Shown here piece after piece: positions 12,770 through 26,966 of a stretch of 64,000 bases of DNA. Where the stretch lies: NCBI GenBank assembly GCA_951406725.2, contig OX597842.1, forward strand, positions 9,300,001 to 9,364,000, given 5' to 3'. The position numbers were made by a program, and so were the translations under genes. The notes below the pieces were generated by a model that did not search any database, was not told the origin of the DNA, and was given only the letters and a program-made list of their open reading frames with translations. Numbering within the stretch: the first letter of the stretch is position 1; every line of letters begins with the position of its first letter. Origin of the DNA: Octopus vulgaris. Its lineage: Eukaryota.

Positions 12770-12994
12770 TTAACCTTTTTGTTACCAACCAGGCCTTTGA
12801 TCCTCTGGCTCTGAGTACAAATGTCTTGCTTTCATAAGTTTTGAATTAAAATCTTCCTCCAAACCTTAGTCACAATTTATGTTCCTAACACCAGCTTAAT
12901 GATAACTAAGTTATTTTACTAAATTCTTTGTTATATTTAAAGTAATTGAAAGAAACACAGAGCATCTCAAAATAAATACAGTAACGAAAGGGTT
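12770..12994. mobile_element. piggyBac-like MITE monomer
   Basis: TTAACCTTTT...AAAGGGTT ends. Inserted in the TTAA of an RTE tail and itself interrupted at the right end by a SINE. Confidence 0.7.
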
Positions 12995-13509
12995 GTGGAG
13001 GCACATGGTTTAGTGGTTAGGGTGTCAGCATCATGATCGGGCGACGCGTTGTGTTCTTGAGCAAAACACTTCATTTCACATTGCTCCAGTCCACTCAGCT
13101 GGCAAAAATGAGTAACGCTGCGATGGACTGGCATCCCGTCCAGCTGAGGAACACATATACCATTGAAACTGGGAAACCGGGCCCATGGGCCTGGCTAGGC
13201 TTGAAAAGAGCGCATTTATCTATTTTTAATGAAAGGGTTAAATGATGATGATAATGATGATATTATAAATATTATTTTTGACACTCAAAGGAAGCTTTAA
13301 AGTATACACAAGCAGTTAGCTCTGAATAAACTACACCTTATAGCAGAAACAACTGTAAGCTAATGGAGTACATTGCTTAATTTCCTCTTCCTTTGTCATT
13401 TATCCCCATTCCATATTACCTTCATGCACTTGGCACTTTGTTCTGAAGCATATGTGTACTGACTTCAAACACCAGGTTATTAGTATCACTCTGCCTAAGC
13501 AAAACACTA

Positions 13510-13561
<52 letters not shown>

Positions 13562-13619
13562 GTGTGTGTGTAAGTGTTGGCTGAGCTGAGGGGTAAGAAA
13601 TTTGCTTCCCACCAAAGTG

Positions 13620-13740
13620 GTCTATCTATCTACCTATCTATCTATCTCTATCTGGCTATATATCTATCTATCTGTCTGTCTATCTATCTATCTATCTATC
13701 TGTCTGTCTGTCTGTCTATCTATCTCTATTTATCTATCTG

Positions 13741-13771
<31 letters not shown>

Positions 13772-13874
13772 CTCTCTCCCTCTCTATCTATCTATCTATC
13801 TATCTATCTACCTACCTATCTGTTTACCTATCTATCTATCTATCTATCTACCTACCTATCTGTCTATCTATCTA

Positions 13875-13921
<47 letters not shown>

Positions 13922-13952
13922 GTCTGTCTGTCTGTCAGTCTGTCTATCTATA

Positions 13953-14043
<91 letters not shown>

Positions 14044-14100
14044 TTATCTATCTGTCAGTCTATCTATCGATCAATCGATCTATCTGTCTATCTATCTATG
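13620..14100. repeat. (TATC)/(TGTC) tetranucleotide microsatellite
   Basis: Direct reading. Similar tracts at 10260-10512 and 51690-52075. (TACA)n at 900-1540. (TA)n tracts throughout, e.g. 14400-14900 and 15300-15970. Confidence 0.95.
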
Positions 14101-14498
14101 AATTTACTTACCTGTGTAACTATATATCTATTTCTCTCCCCCTCCCTCTCTCTAAGTCAATCAATCTATTGATCTATCGATACACACACACTCACACACA
14201 AACATACAATGAGCGTTTTTGATACTTTTGCAGTAAATACAGACCTGTCAGAAAATTAAACCTAAGAGAATAGATGGCGACCCAGACTCTCTCTTCCATA
14301 GTACAATTGTTATCTAACGTATAATTCATATACAGACATATGTGTGCGTGTGTGTGTGTGTGTGTGTTTTGCGTATGCATCACACACATACGCACATACA
14401 CATATTCATATATATATATATATATGATGTATATATATATATATATATGTATATAAATATATTTATATGTATATGTATACATATATATATATTTACAT

Positions 14499-14535
<37 letters not shown>

Positions 14536-14644
14536 CATATCTATATATATGTGTGAGTATGTATATATATGCATATACATATATAAATATACGCATATGA
14601 ATACATATATACACAAGTAATATGTACATATTCATACTTATACC

Positions 14645-14702
<58 letters not shown>

Positions 14703-14721
14703 ACATATATATATGTATACA

Positions 14722-14774
<53 letters not shown>

Positions 14775-14817
14775 GTATACATATTTATATATATATATAT
14801 ATATATATATGTATACA

Positions 14818-14867
<50 letters not shown>

Positions 14868-15479
14868 CATATATATATATATACGCACATATATATATAT
14901 CCTCCATGGAGTCAACTACAAACGGTTATCAGCCATCTTTCTTTTTCCACGTCGTCCATTTTTCTAAGTGTCGTCGGCTCTTTGAAATTTCGTATTATCT
15001 CCATTACAAAATGGACCGTTAGAAAATCTATGCAGGGAATTTTTATCCTTCAGTTTTCATCGTGTCTGCTCAGCTATACGGCAATAAACAGCCTCTAGTT
15101 TACTGCGTTTATGTTGGTATGTATATGTGTGTATGTGACTGTCTTTTGTTTTCGTATATGTGCGCTACTGTAGATGTACACGTGTATGGGATTGTGTGTG
15201 TGTTTGTATTAGTATAGGTGTGTATGTGTCTATGTCTGAATTTATGCATGTGTGTATGTGTATGTGTGTGTGTGTGTTTATGCATGCACATGTTTGTGTT
15301 GGTGTGTCTATGTGCATGCATGCGTATACATGTACCTATAAATATTTATATACATGTATATGCACTTACGCACTTACATACATATATATACACATATATA
15401 TATATACATATATACATAACATATACATATATATATATGTATATGCAAATATGTATATATATATATATATATATGTGTA

Positions 15480-15515
<36 letters not shown>

Positions 15516-15657
15516 GTGTGTGTATATATAATTATATAAACACATACACATATATGCATATATGCATTTGCTTTGTATAAATATATATACAAACTCACAA
15601 ACACTATGTTCATGTACATGCACAGACACATATACCTATACATATACATATACGTAT

Positions 15658-15704
<47 letters not shown>

Positions 15705-15720
15705 CATATATATATACATA

Positions 15721-15752
<32 letters not shown>

Positions 15753-18198
15753 CATATATATATGCACATATATATATACATATATATATGTATACGCACA
15801 CACACACACATATATATACATGCACGCATGCACACACACATATATATATATATGCATATATATATATATATATGTGTCTATATGTATATATATGCACACA
15901 CAGCTATATGTATATAGGTGTGTGTGTCTATCAATATATGTATGTATGTATGTTTGTACATATGTATGTAGCAGAGAAAGAGAGAAAGAAAGAAACGGAG
16001 ACAAAACAACCTCAATGAGATTAACACTAGAGGACTTGAAATCACTTCTGATTTACATAGAGAAGATAGGACCAAACTACCACTCTCATCAACTTTTCCA
16101 TATTTCACCTTCAAAGACCATACAGCTAATTTCCACCTTAAGCCATCTATTACACCCATTAATCTAACTGAAACAGATTTAGATATTATTTGCAAACATA
16201 TATTGAATAGAATTATCCCTGAGGTTATGAAGGTATCTCTTTTACCGCTTTAGAATTATACTCCAGAAGTCATTCACTGGTTCAAGTATATACTTAGTGC
16301 GAATTTTATAAAAATTATTCTGTTTTTATTTAAATTTGCTGCAGATATATCATTGAATGTCTGTCACATGGCTCTGTGGTTTAAAAAGCTTGCTTTGCAA
16401 TGATGGTTTCAGGTTTAGTACTTCTACATGGAATCTTGGGCAAGTATTTTCTAGAATCATTCTAAGTTTCTTGTGATCAGAGTGCAAAAGAGAAACTTTC
16501 AGCACCTGCCCCCATGAGTAAAAATTCACGCTGGCAACTTGGTCATGTCCCTGTTTGAACTAGAGAACAATACAAACATAGCCTACACACTTTACCCATG
16601 ACAACATCCCATGGAGAATAGCTCTTCTTTCCTTTTCCAAACTTAATATTATCATATTATCAAATTTCTATTACATGGTTGTGTGGTTTAAGTAGCTTGC
16701 TTTCCAACCATGCAGTTTTAAGTTTAGCCCTTCTACATGGAACCTTGGACAAGTGTTTTCTACTGTAACCTTAAACTGACCAGAGAATCATACTAAAACT
16801 TTCCCGTGATCAGGGTGCTTTTCAGAGTGCAAAAATTGAAAATTTCAACTACAATCCTTGAAGATGCAAATTCACTTTTAAACATAGCGAAGTCCCTTTT
16901 TGAACTACAGAACAATGCATACACAGCCTGCACACTTTTCATATGACTAACATCCCATGGAGAATAGCTCTTCTTTCCTTCTCCAAAATATTTTTCCTTA
17001 TATTTTGCAACCTCTGAAACAATCTAGACCTTATGTACCTCCAGTGCTAAAGAGGCTATGCAGTTCTGGTCAACATGTCTGGGAGTCGTCAATATTGTCC
17101 AATGATGATATTCAGCATGAAACCAATGGTAGGATATCCAGTAATATATTGCTTGGCTATATAAACAGTGTGGAGGTGCGTGGCTTAGTGGTTAGGGTGT
17201 CAGCATCATGATCATAAGATTGTGGTTTCGATTCCTGGACCGGGTGACGCGTTGTGTTCTTGAGCAAAACACTTCATTTCACGTTGCTCCAGTCCACTCA
17301 GCTGGCAAAAATGAGTAACGCTGCGATGGACTGGCGTCCCGTCCAGCTGGGGAACACATACACCATAGAAACTGGGCCCATGAGCCTGGCTAGGCTTTAA
17401 AAGGGCAATAAGTGGAGGCGAATGGCTTAGTAGTTAAGGTGTCAGCATCATGATCGTAAGATTGTGGGTTTCGATTCCTGGATCGGGCGACGCGTTGTGT
17501 TCACATATGCCGCTGAAACCAGGAAACTGGGCCCATGAGCCTAGCTAGGCTTTAAAAAGGGCTCATTGATTTTTATTATATAAACAGTACAGGGTAGTTA
17601 GACCAAACTGGACACTTTTTATGTTTTCTTTCCTTTTTTTAAGGAGCAGCTGGATGTATTGGGGAAGAGTCAACAGCATAGGAGAGCATAAACATCAATC
17701 CTTCAGAATTCAGATTTCTCTGCCAAATTTTATGCTTATTTATTCACATTGTTTTAAATTAATCATGCTTTATCCCAAAGCTTCTAGATCTTAATTATGT
17801 GACTCTTTTACTTGTTTCGGTCATATGACTGCGGCCATGGTGGAGCCTGTCGTGTGTGTGTGTGTGTGTGTGTTTGTGTGTCTGTGTTTGACCCCCCCAA
17901 CATCGCTTGACAACTGATGCTGGTGTGTTTACGTCCTCGTAACTTAGCAATTCGGCAAAAAAAAAAACCGATAGAATAAGTACTAAGCTTACAAAAAAGA
18001 AGTCCCGGGGTCGATTTGCTCGACTAAAGGCGGTGCTCCAGCATGGCAACAGTCAAATGACTGAAACAAGTAAAAGAGTAAGAATACATACATACATACA
18101 TACTATCGTACATAAATACATACGATAAGCTTCTTTCATTCTATGACTCACAAAGCTTTGGTCAGCCTAAGGCTATAGTAGAAGACATTTGTCTAAGG

Positions 18199-18417
18199 CA
18201 ATGGTTTTCAACCAGGGTTCCGCGGAACCTTAGGGTTCCGCCAGTACAGTCCAGGGGTTCCGCAAGAAGTTACAAAAATGCTAAAATCGATAGTAATTTT
18301 TAATTCTCCTGTGCAGATATGTGTGCATAAGACAATTAAATTATTGCACAGGGGTTCCTCGAGCCAGTGGAATGTTTCCTTGGGGTCCCGCTCCAGCAAA
18401 AAGGTTGAAAAGCACTG
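18199..18417. mobile_element. hAT (Charlie/Buster-like) MITE inserted into a SINE
   Basis: CAATGGTTTTCAACC...GGTTGAAAAGCACTG TIRs. Perfect 8-bp TSD GTCTAAGG at 18191-18198 and 18418-18425. Confidence 0.9.
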
Positions 18418-19689
18418 GTCTAAGGTGCCACTGCGTAGAACTGAACCCGGAACTGTGACTGGGAAGCAAACTTTTTATTACAGTCACTGCGCCTGCACCT
18501 GTATGTGTGTGTGTGTGTGTGTTTTCTTCTCCTCCTCATTCTCCTCTCCTTATTCTTAACACTGATATAAATCGAAAGATAATTTTTTATTTGTATGTTA
18601 AGAAATAGGAAAAGGCATTAAAAGATAAGAAGAAAAGGAAAGAAGGAAGGAAGCAAGGAAGAAAGAGAGACAGACAGACAGAAAGAAAGAAAGAAGACAA
18701 AGAAACAAAATACCTCTCTGGTCTTTGATATAACAAAACATTTTCCTCAATAAAACCGAATAAATCTCTTGAATAAGCAAAGTTATACCCTATCTGCTAT
18801 CTTTCAATTAAAAAGCATCGTAAAATCTCTTCTATCAGCTCCTTAAATAAGTGCGTTTGTTCTGTCATTCAGAAACAATTGGCAAACGAACGGATTCTAA
18901 AATGGCGGCGACATCAAAAGTCGTTTGTCTCGACAGACGATCGTATCTGTCACCATTTGTCAATTTGTTTGTTTTCGTTTTTGTTTTATCTCAACACATG
19001 TGTTGATACACGGCACGTATGCATTGCTTCTTTCGGTCCCACACACACACACACAAACAGATAGACACATATCTTTGACTTTTTGTTACAGTCATTAGAT
19101 TGCGGCCATGCTGGGGCACCGCCTTGGAGAACTTGTAGCCGATTGAATTGACCCCAGCCCGTTTTTTTTTTGTTTTTTTGTTAAACCTGGTACTTATTCT
19201 ATCGGCGTCCTTTCGCCGAGCCGCTAAGTTACGGGGACGTGAACACACCAACACTGGTTGTCAAGCGATGGCAGGGGACAAACCTAGCCACACAGACGCA
19301 TATAAACATACATACATACATATATATATACACACACACATGTATATATATATGAATTTTATCCCTAATTTTTGTGGTTATAGAGCCTAGCTGTTCTTTC
19401 TAGCGTGTTGAATCCTATGAGTGTTTAAATATACACTATATCTTATGACTAATATATATTCTTTTGGACTAAATTTTTACATGTTAGACCACTGGAAATG
19501 TAAATTTTAATTAATTTCCCTTTGATATGATTAAATATTGTAAGGTTTTGAATAATTTTCGGTTTTAAAAGTTGGCTTTTTTTATTGCTGGAGAAGGACT
19601 GCGGCTGCGTAGTAGATTTTGAAAAAGTTAGGACTTATAAATAAGGGGCACGTAGTTTGATCGCCCCCTATGTATACGTTCCCTAGGTG

Positions 19690-19765
19690 TTCCTGCTGAA
19701 GACGATTGCACCTGGTGAGTTCATTTACTCGCTAAACTAAAATTAGAAACCAATTGGTCCAGGAA
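19690..19765 (+). ncRNA. Type I hammerhead ribozyme motif in a Penelope-like repeat
   Basis: Stem I TTCCTG/CAGGAA, CTGAAGA, GAAAC-CAATTG-GTC. The base of stem II is mismatched (C.A). Confidence 0.65.
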
Positions 19766-19898
19766 ACGATGGTAAAATGTTTTTATTTTTCATTTCATTC
19801 CTGCTGAATTTTATCCCTAATTTTGGGGGTTATAGAACCTAGCTGTTCTTTCTAGCGTGTTGAATCCTATGAGTGGATTCTTCGTGTACACTATATCT

Positions 19899-19964
<66 letters not shown>

Positions 19965-20225
19965 CAACAAGGATATCCAGGGGGAATGCAGTATTTAAAT
20001 TTATATATATATATCTCCAAACCTTCCAATATATATATATATATACACATATATACGACGGGCTTCTTTCAGTTTCCGTCTACCAACTTCACTCACAAGG
20101 CTTTGGTCGTCCCGAGGCTATAGTAGAAGATACTTGCCCAAGGTGCCACACAGTGGGACTGAACCTGGAACCATGTGGTTTGGAAGCAAGCTACTTACCA
20201 CACAGCCACTCCTGCGCCTATACAC

Positions 20226-20371
<146 letters not shown>

Positions 20372-20589
20372 ACACACACACACATATATAATTGCATAAC
20401 ATTGTTTCCTGACACTGTTTAAAATTCTGCCAACGTTTGCACAGTTCCAGGCAACCATGTTGGACAAATCCACCTTGTTAAAACCTCAGAAATCCTCCAA
20501 TTATCGGACAATCACGGTGTCTCCGAGGACAGCACAGCTGTCGTAGTAATGGTGGCTCATTGGAAAGTGTCTGGCTGTCCACTTTTAGC

Positions 20590-21205
20590 ACTGATGTTGT
20601 TGTTGCTGTTGTTGTTTTTGATGGTTGTGCAGGTAGTGGTGGTGGGTGGTGCAACAATGATGATGAAGATGACGATGCAGAGGAAGAGGTGGGGGTAGAA
20701 GGTGGACGAGGGGGAGGAAAAGATGAAGACGATGACAATGGTGATGGTGATGATGATGATGATGATGATGATGACGATGTAGAGGAATAGGTGGGGAGTG
20801 GAAGGTGGACGAGGGGGAGGAAGGGATGATGACGATGGCAATGGTGATGATGGTGAGGATGATGAGGATGATGATGATGATGATGACGATGATAATGATA
20901 ACGATAATGGTGGTGCTGATGATGACAATGTCAACGATGATGGTAGTGGTGGTGATGATGATGGTGGTGATGACGATGATGATGACAATGATGATGACGA
21001 CAACAATGAGAATGATGATGATGATGATGATGATGACGATGATGATGAGGATGATGATGACGACGACAAAGTGGAAACAATGGCAATGATAGTTATGATG
21101 ACAACGATGTTGATGATTATGATGATGATGATGATGATGTAAAGGAAGAGGTGGAGGGGTGGAAGATGGACGGGAGGGAGGAAGGGATGAAGATGATGAC
21201 AATGG

Positions 21206-21236
<31 letters not shown>

Positions 21237-21273
21237 GGTGATGATGATGTTGATGATGATGGTGGTGATGATG

Positions 21274-21326
<53 letters not shown>

Positions 21327-21365
21327 GATGATGATGTTGGTGATGATGGTGAAGATGATGACAAT
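20590..21365. repeat. Degenerate (GAT/GGT)n trinucleotide block just upstream of LHFPL exon 2
   Basis: Long (GAT)n runs with a thrice-repeated GAGGAAGAGGTGG...GGACGAGGGGGAGGAA unit. Similar blocks at 42570-42910, 53370-53710, 55795-56120 and 56840-57180. Confidence 0.9.
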
Positions 21366-21404
21366 GAAAATATGTTTTCTTTTCTGTTTTTTTTCTCATT
21401 TCAG

Positions 21405-21643
21405 TATGTCTACTGGTTGCTGGCCTTTTGCTTTACCCGGTCGTCCTATCTTCTGCATTCTTCAAGTTCCACTGCGGACAATTGAGCAGCGGCTACTTCT
21501 GGTCCGGAGACTGTCGTATGGGATGGAGCTACATGTTAGCAATCACGGGAACCAGCCTGTCCGTCTTCTGTCCCTTTCTCTCCCGCTACACCGATATGAA
21601 GGTTGACGAAGTGAACCCACTTCAACAAATTACCCATGTGTAA
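21405..21643 (+). CDS. LHFPL7: LHFPL7/TMEM211-like, coding exon 2 (terminal)
   Basis: Polypyrimidine tract plus TTTCAG acceptor ending 21404. The phase-1 join gives VCLLVAGLLLYPVVLSSAFFKFHCG...GDCRMGWSYMLAI...THV-stop, with the LHFPL GLxxYP, C and CxxGWxY motifs. Spliced protein is 290 aa. Confidence 0.85.
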
Positions 21644-21783
21644 AGGGACTTGCTGGGGGTTTCTAAAATTGAATATCACATTTGTGTGTGAGTGTACAGG
21701 GTGTCCATATATTATCTTTACAACTTCCACATTTCAAAACTTCCAATTGTAAAGGTAATTTATGGAAGTCCCGTATAAGTACG

Positions 21784-21828
<45 letters not shown>

Positions 21829-23058
21829 TTTCATTTGTTTCAGTCATTTTTACTGTGGCCATGCTGGAGCACCACTTTTAGTCAAGCAAATTGACCCCAG
21901 GATTTATTCTTTGTAAGCCTAGTATTTATTCTATCAGTCACTTTTGCCGAACCGCTAAGTTACAAGGACGCAAACACATCAGCATCAGTTGTCAAGTGAT
22001 GGTGGGAGGACAAACACAGACACCCAAACACACATACACATATATACGACGGGCTTCTTTCAGTTTCCGTCTAACAAATCCACTCACAAGGTTCTGGTCA
22101 GCCTGAGGTTATAGAAGAAGACATTTGCCCATGTTGCCATGCAGTGGAACTGAACTCAGAACCATGTGGTTGGTAAGCAAGCTACTTACCACACAACCAC
22201 TCCTGTGTTTATACCCCTGTAACTTAGCGGTTCGGCATAAGAGACTGATAGAATAAGTATTAAGCTTACAAAGAATAAGTCCTGGAGTCTATTTGTTCTA
22301 CTAAAGGCCATGCTCCAGCATGGCCGCAGTCAAATGACTGAAACAAATAATTGAATAAAAGAATCTGCATACATGCATGTATTCATATATTTGCACACAT
22401 ATATATATATACATGCATACATATGCACAAACATGCATGCACACATACTTATACATATATATGTAAATCATATATGTATATATAAACACACACAAACAGA
22501 GACAAACCTATGTACATACATACATACATACATACATACAAAAATATTCTGTTGTTGATGTTGAAATTCCAATGAAGGAGCCTTGGATCTAGGTTAGAAA
22601 CCGGTTCTTTCTCTTTTGGCAAGAAATCTTGAAATAAACTGAATAATGACATACATACATATATTTATACATACATTCATACATACATACACACATTCAT
22701 TCACATACACATGCACATATACTCACACACATACATGCACATATACATACATGCACATATACATACATGCACATACATACATACACTCATACACACATAC
22801 ATATACATACATACATACATGCATACAAGCATACATACATACATACATACATACATACATACATACATACATACATACACATTCATACACACACATGCAA
22901 TGGACAATGGTTTAAACAAGATACTTATCTTCTACTTGCTACCAAGCCGGTGCCAGTCAAAATTTATTCTAAATTAAAAAAGGAAAATAGAAGATATACA
23001 TAGTCATACATACCGTAAATCCTTGAGTATAGTCCACCCTTGAGTATAATATGCAGGG

Positions 23059-23335
23059 GATTCATCAAGGTATCTTTTTATGTCATCCAAGGAATTGAAA
23101 TTTTTACCATTAAGACTATTCTGCAGAGACCTGAATAAGTGGAAATCCAAAGGAGCAATATCTGGTGAATATAGAGGGAGGGGTAACACATCCCAGCCGA
23201 GATGCAGCAATTTTTGTCTGGTTCCCAAAGCACCAAGTGCCGAAAATGAACTTTCTTATCTTCCATTTTAAAGGGTTACAGAATTAACACAGGTTATAGG
23301 AACATAAACCTTCTTCAACTGTGCTCTAAATGGAG
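23059..23335 (-). mobile_element. Internally deleted mariner remnant
   Basis: N-terminal MEDKKVHFRHL is fused directly to C-terminal TRQKLLHLGWDVLPLPLYSPDIAPLDFHLFRSLQNSLNGKNF (mariner YSPDxAPxD motif). Confidence 0.85.
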
Positions 23336-23340
23336 GTGTA

Positions 23341-23854
23341 CTGTAAATCCTCGAGTATAGTACGCCATTGAGTATAATACGCAGAGGAATTTTAGGGAGC
23401 TGTACCTCTAGAAAACCTAAACCTTGTGTATAATACGCACCCCTTCTCTCACTTGAGTCAAGGAGGTCTATATAACGTCCTTGGTTTGTAAAAATGTATA
23501 CGGTAATGTCCTTTAATATTATTGTATATATATAACATAATGCAAATGTGTAGCTTTTTTGTGCATTTTGTTTGCAGAAAATAAAGAAATAACAGTAACA
23601 ACGTTTAATAAATGTCGCTTACAGTAAGTTATGGATGATTCTTTTATGACTTCATTGCTTTCAGGCTTAGCTTAAGGTATTTTCGTGCCAGACATCACAA
23701 AATGCGTCTGAATAAACATTGCCGGACAACAAATAGAGACTCGGACATTGTTTAGAAAATATTTTTCATTTTTAACCTCATATATAGTACGCACTAGAGA
23801 TTTTGACCTTTAAATTTTTGGAAAAAAAGGCGGATTATACTCGAGGATTTACGG
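23341..23854. mobile_element. pogo/Tigger-like non-autonomous TIR element
   Basis: TA-CTGTAAATCCTCGAGTATA ... TATACTCGAGGATTTACGG-TA. An extra left end lies at 23013-23058. Same family as 43465-44584. Confidence 0.75.
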
Positions 23855-25524
23855 TACATAAACTACAAATTATCATCTCTGGAAATATAAAAATCTGCAA
23901 GACTTTCTTAAAATTTAAAGGATGATGGTTAAAACAAGATACTTTCTTTTGCAACCTTGTTAAGCAGTGGTTGGCTGGTCAGAATTTACTCCAAATTTAA
24001 AAAAGAAAAAAGAGCAAAAAATTCAAATATACACATACATATGTGGAGGCACATGGCCAAGTGGTTAGAGCAAGTGGTTCTAAAAAGATACCTTTGCGAT
24101 GCACAAGTAAACTCGGGATAATCCATTAAGGGGTTAAGATTTGAAGCATGATGAACAAAACAAAATGGCTTTCTTCATAACGTTGCTCCCAAGAAAGTGA
24201 CCAACTAAAATTTACTCTAAAATTAAAATCAGAAAGAGAACAACTTGCATATTTGAATACAAGACTTTGCTTTTCTTTTCAACATAACAATGTTACCAAA
24301 ACAATTTACAGTTGTATCTCTAGATAGATATGTCCTGATAAGGACACAGAATGGAATTGGCACGCACCTTTAGAGATGAAGAACATTGGTGGAATATTCC
24401 AATAAAGACAGTAGCCCAGTGAAAGTAGAAGAATTGGCATTGTTCTATAGGACAAAGGCTGAGTGGTGAAGAAGTTCACTTTGGGTTCAGTCCCATGGTG
24501 TGGAACCTTGGGAAAATGTCTTCTACACTAACCTTTAGGCCAACTAATGCTTTCAGAGTGTATCTGGTAGACAAAATTTTCCATTCACTTGGTCCCGTTG
24601 TTAGAAAGCTTACATATAGGAAAAAGCAAAACTCCAAAGTCATAACCTGCTTAATTATGTTATCTTACACATGTTTCTGTGAAGATTATGATTGAATTAC
24701 ACAATCTTGGTCTGTTAAATTTTTGAAATCCACACTTCATCAGAGGTTCATGCTAGTATGAACAAACTCTGTGAACTTTGGTCTCCATTGTTAGAAAGAT
24801 CAAAGAGTACATATAGGAAAAAGCAAAACTCCAGAGTCATAACCCATACAATTATGTTATCTTACACATGTCTCTGTGAAGATTACAATTGAATTACGCA
24901 ATCTTCACCTGATAAATTTTCTAAATCCACACTTCGTCAGAGATACATGTTAGTATGAACAGACACTATGTTCTTTGTAATTATGCAGACCAATGAATGG
25001 AAACTTGGACAATAATACAAGAGTTCTCTTTGCAGTTTTCTCTTTCAGTATATCAGGATACACAGAGTTCTAAATACTGGTTATATGTCATGTAATTTTA
25101 ATTTAAATTGCACTAAGATTTTTCTGCTTGACATAACATAATATGGCTGATGATCTGGGTAAACATGGCCTCTAAATTTATTTTAAATTAATTTAATTTA
25201 ATTAATTATGTATTACAATTATTTAATTATAGAATCAATGATGTTTATTCTTACGAAACAGCTGTTGAAACCAATAAAATTTGAACTGTATGCAAACTTT
25301 ATGTTTTTCAGCTTTTATTTCTTGTATGATGCTCTGTGAGACTGTTTTAGTCAATTATGTATATACATACAAATTGGTTCCACATAGATTTACAGTTATA
25401 TAATAACATGATGGAGATTAACAACCTATTATCAATTGAACTCTTAATCACTCAATTACTCTTTTATCTCATTTACTTGTATATTATCTCCTTTATCTCT
25501 TTTACTTGTACGTATATACATATG

Positions 25525-25621
<97 letters not shown>

Positions 25622-25622
25622 G

Positions 25623-25691
<69 letters not shown>

Positions 25692-25896
25692 TCTTTTACT
25701 TGTTTCAGTCATTTGACTGTGGCCATGCTGGAGCACCACCTTTTAGTCGAGCAAATTGACCCTTGGACTTATTCTTTGAAAGCCTAATAATTATTCTATC
25801 GATCTCTTTTGCCAAACTGCTAAGTTACAGGGACGTAAACACACTAGTATCAGTTGTCAAGCGATGTTGGGGGGACACACAGACACACAAACATAT

Positions 25897-25927
<31 letters not shown>

Positions 25928-26935
25928 CATATATAGAACAGGCTTCTTTTAGTTTCCGTCTACCAAATCCACTCACAAGGCTTTAGTCAGCCTGAGGCTA
26001 TGGTAGAAGACACGTGCCCAAGGCAAGCTGCTTATCACACAGCCACTCCTACGCCTATATATTAGATGAATGAGCCCTAAATACTCCTCAAAAGACAGTA
26101 TGGTTGGTCATTGCTGGAACGTCTTTGATCATAAATGTTCTCGATTGGCGGAGACCCTGGGTTAAACAAGACAACAGCAATAACGAAGACATGGGATCGC
26201 CACAGCTGTTTGGAAGTTTGCTTTATCACAATGATTGTGTATCAGATAGATACTATGATGTGTGTGTGTGTATACACATGTATGTATAGACACACACACA
26301 CACATATATTCGTGTGTGTGTTCATGTGTATAGACAGACAGTCAAAAGGCGGTGAGCTGGCAGAAAGGTTATCACGCCGGGCAAAATGCTTAGTGGTATT
26401 TCGTCTGCTGCTACGTTCTGAGTTCAAATTCTGCCGAGGTCGACTTTGCCTTTCATCTTTTCAGGGTCGATAAATTAAGTACCAGTTACACACCGGGGTT
26501 CATATAATCGACTTAATCCCTTTCTCTGTCCTTGTTTGTCCTGTCTGTGTGTAGCCCCTTGTGGGTAGTAAAGAAATAGGTATTTCGTCTGCCGTTACAT
26601 TTTGAGTTCAAATTCCGCTGAGGTTGACTTTGCCTTTTTATCCTTTCGGGGTCGATTAAATAAGTCCAGTTACGCACTGGAGTCGATGTAATCAACTTAA
26701 TCCCTTTGTCTGTCCTTGTTTGTCCTCTATGTGTTTAGCCCCTTGTGGGCAATAAAGAAATAAGACAGTCAGACAGGCAAGTAGGCAAACAGGCAGGCAG
26801 GTATGCAAGCAGACAGAAAGACAGACAGGCAGGCAGGCGGACTGGCAGGTAGGTAGGTAGACAGAAAGGCAGGCAGATAGGCAGACTGACAGGTAGACAG
26901 ACAGATAGATTGATAGATACAGACAGCCGACAGAC

Positions 26936-26966
<31 letters not shown>

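Noticed and set aside
17030-17700. Open minus-strand frame around the SINE dimer
   Set aside because: No recognisable homology, and it is interrupted by a SINE insertion.
20400-20590. Unique higher-complexity segment that might be an exon
   Set aside because: No recognisable protein in any frame. Including it would disrupt the clean LHFPL exon 1-exon 2 join.
25145-25270. CTGATGA ... GAAACAGCTGTT hammerhead-like spacing
   Set aside because: No convincing stem I or stem II pairing. It may be a decayed relic but cannot be supported.
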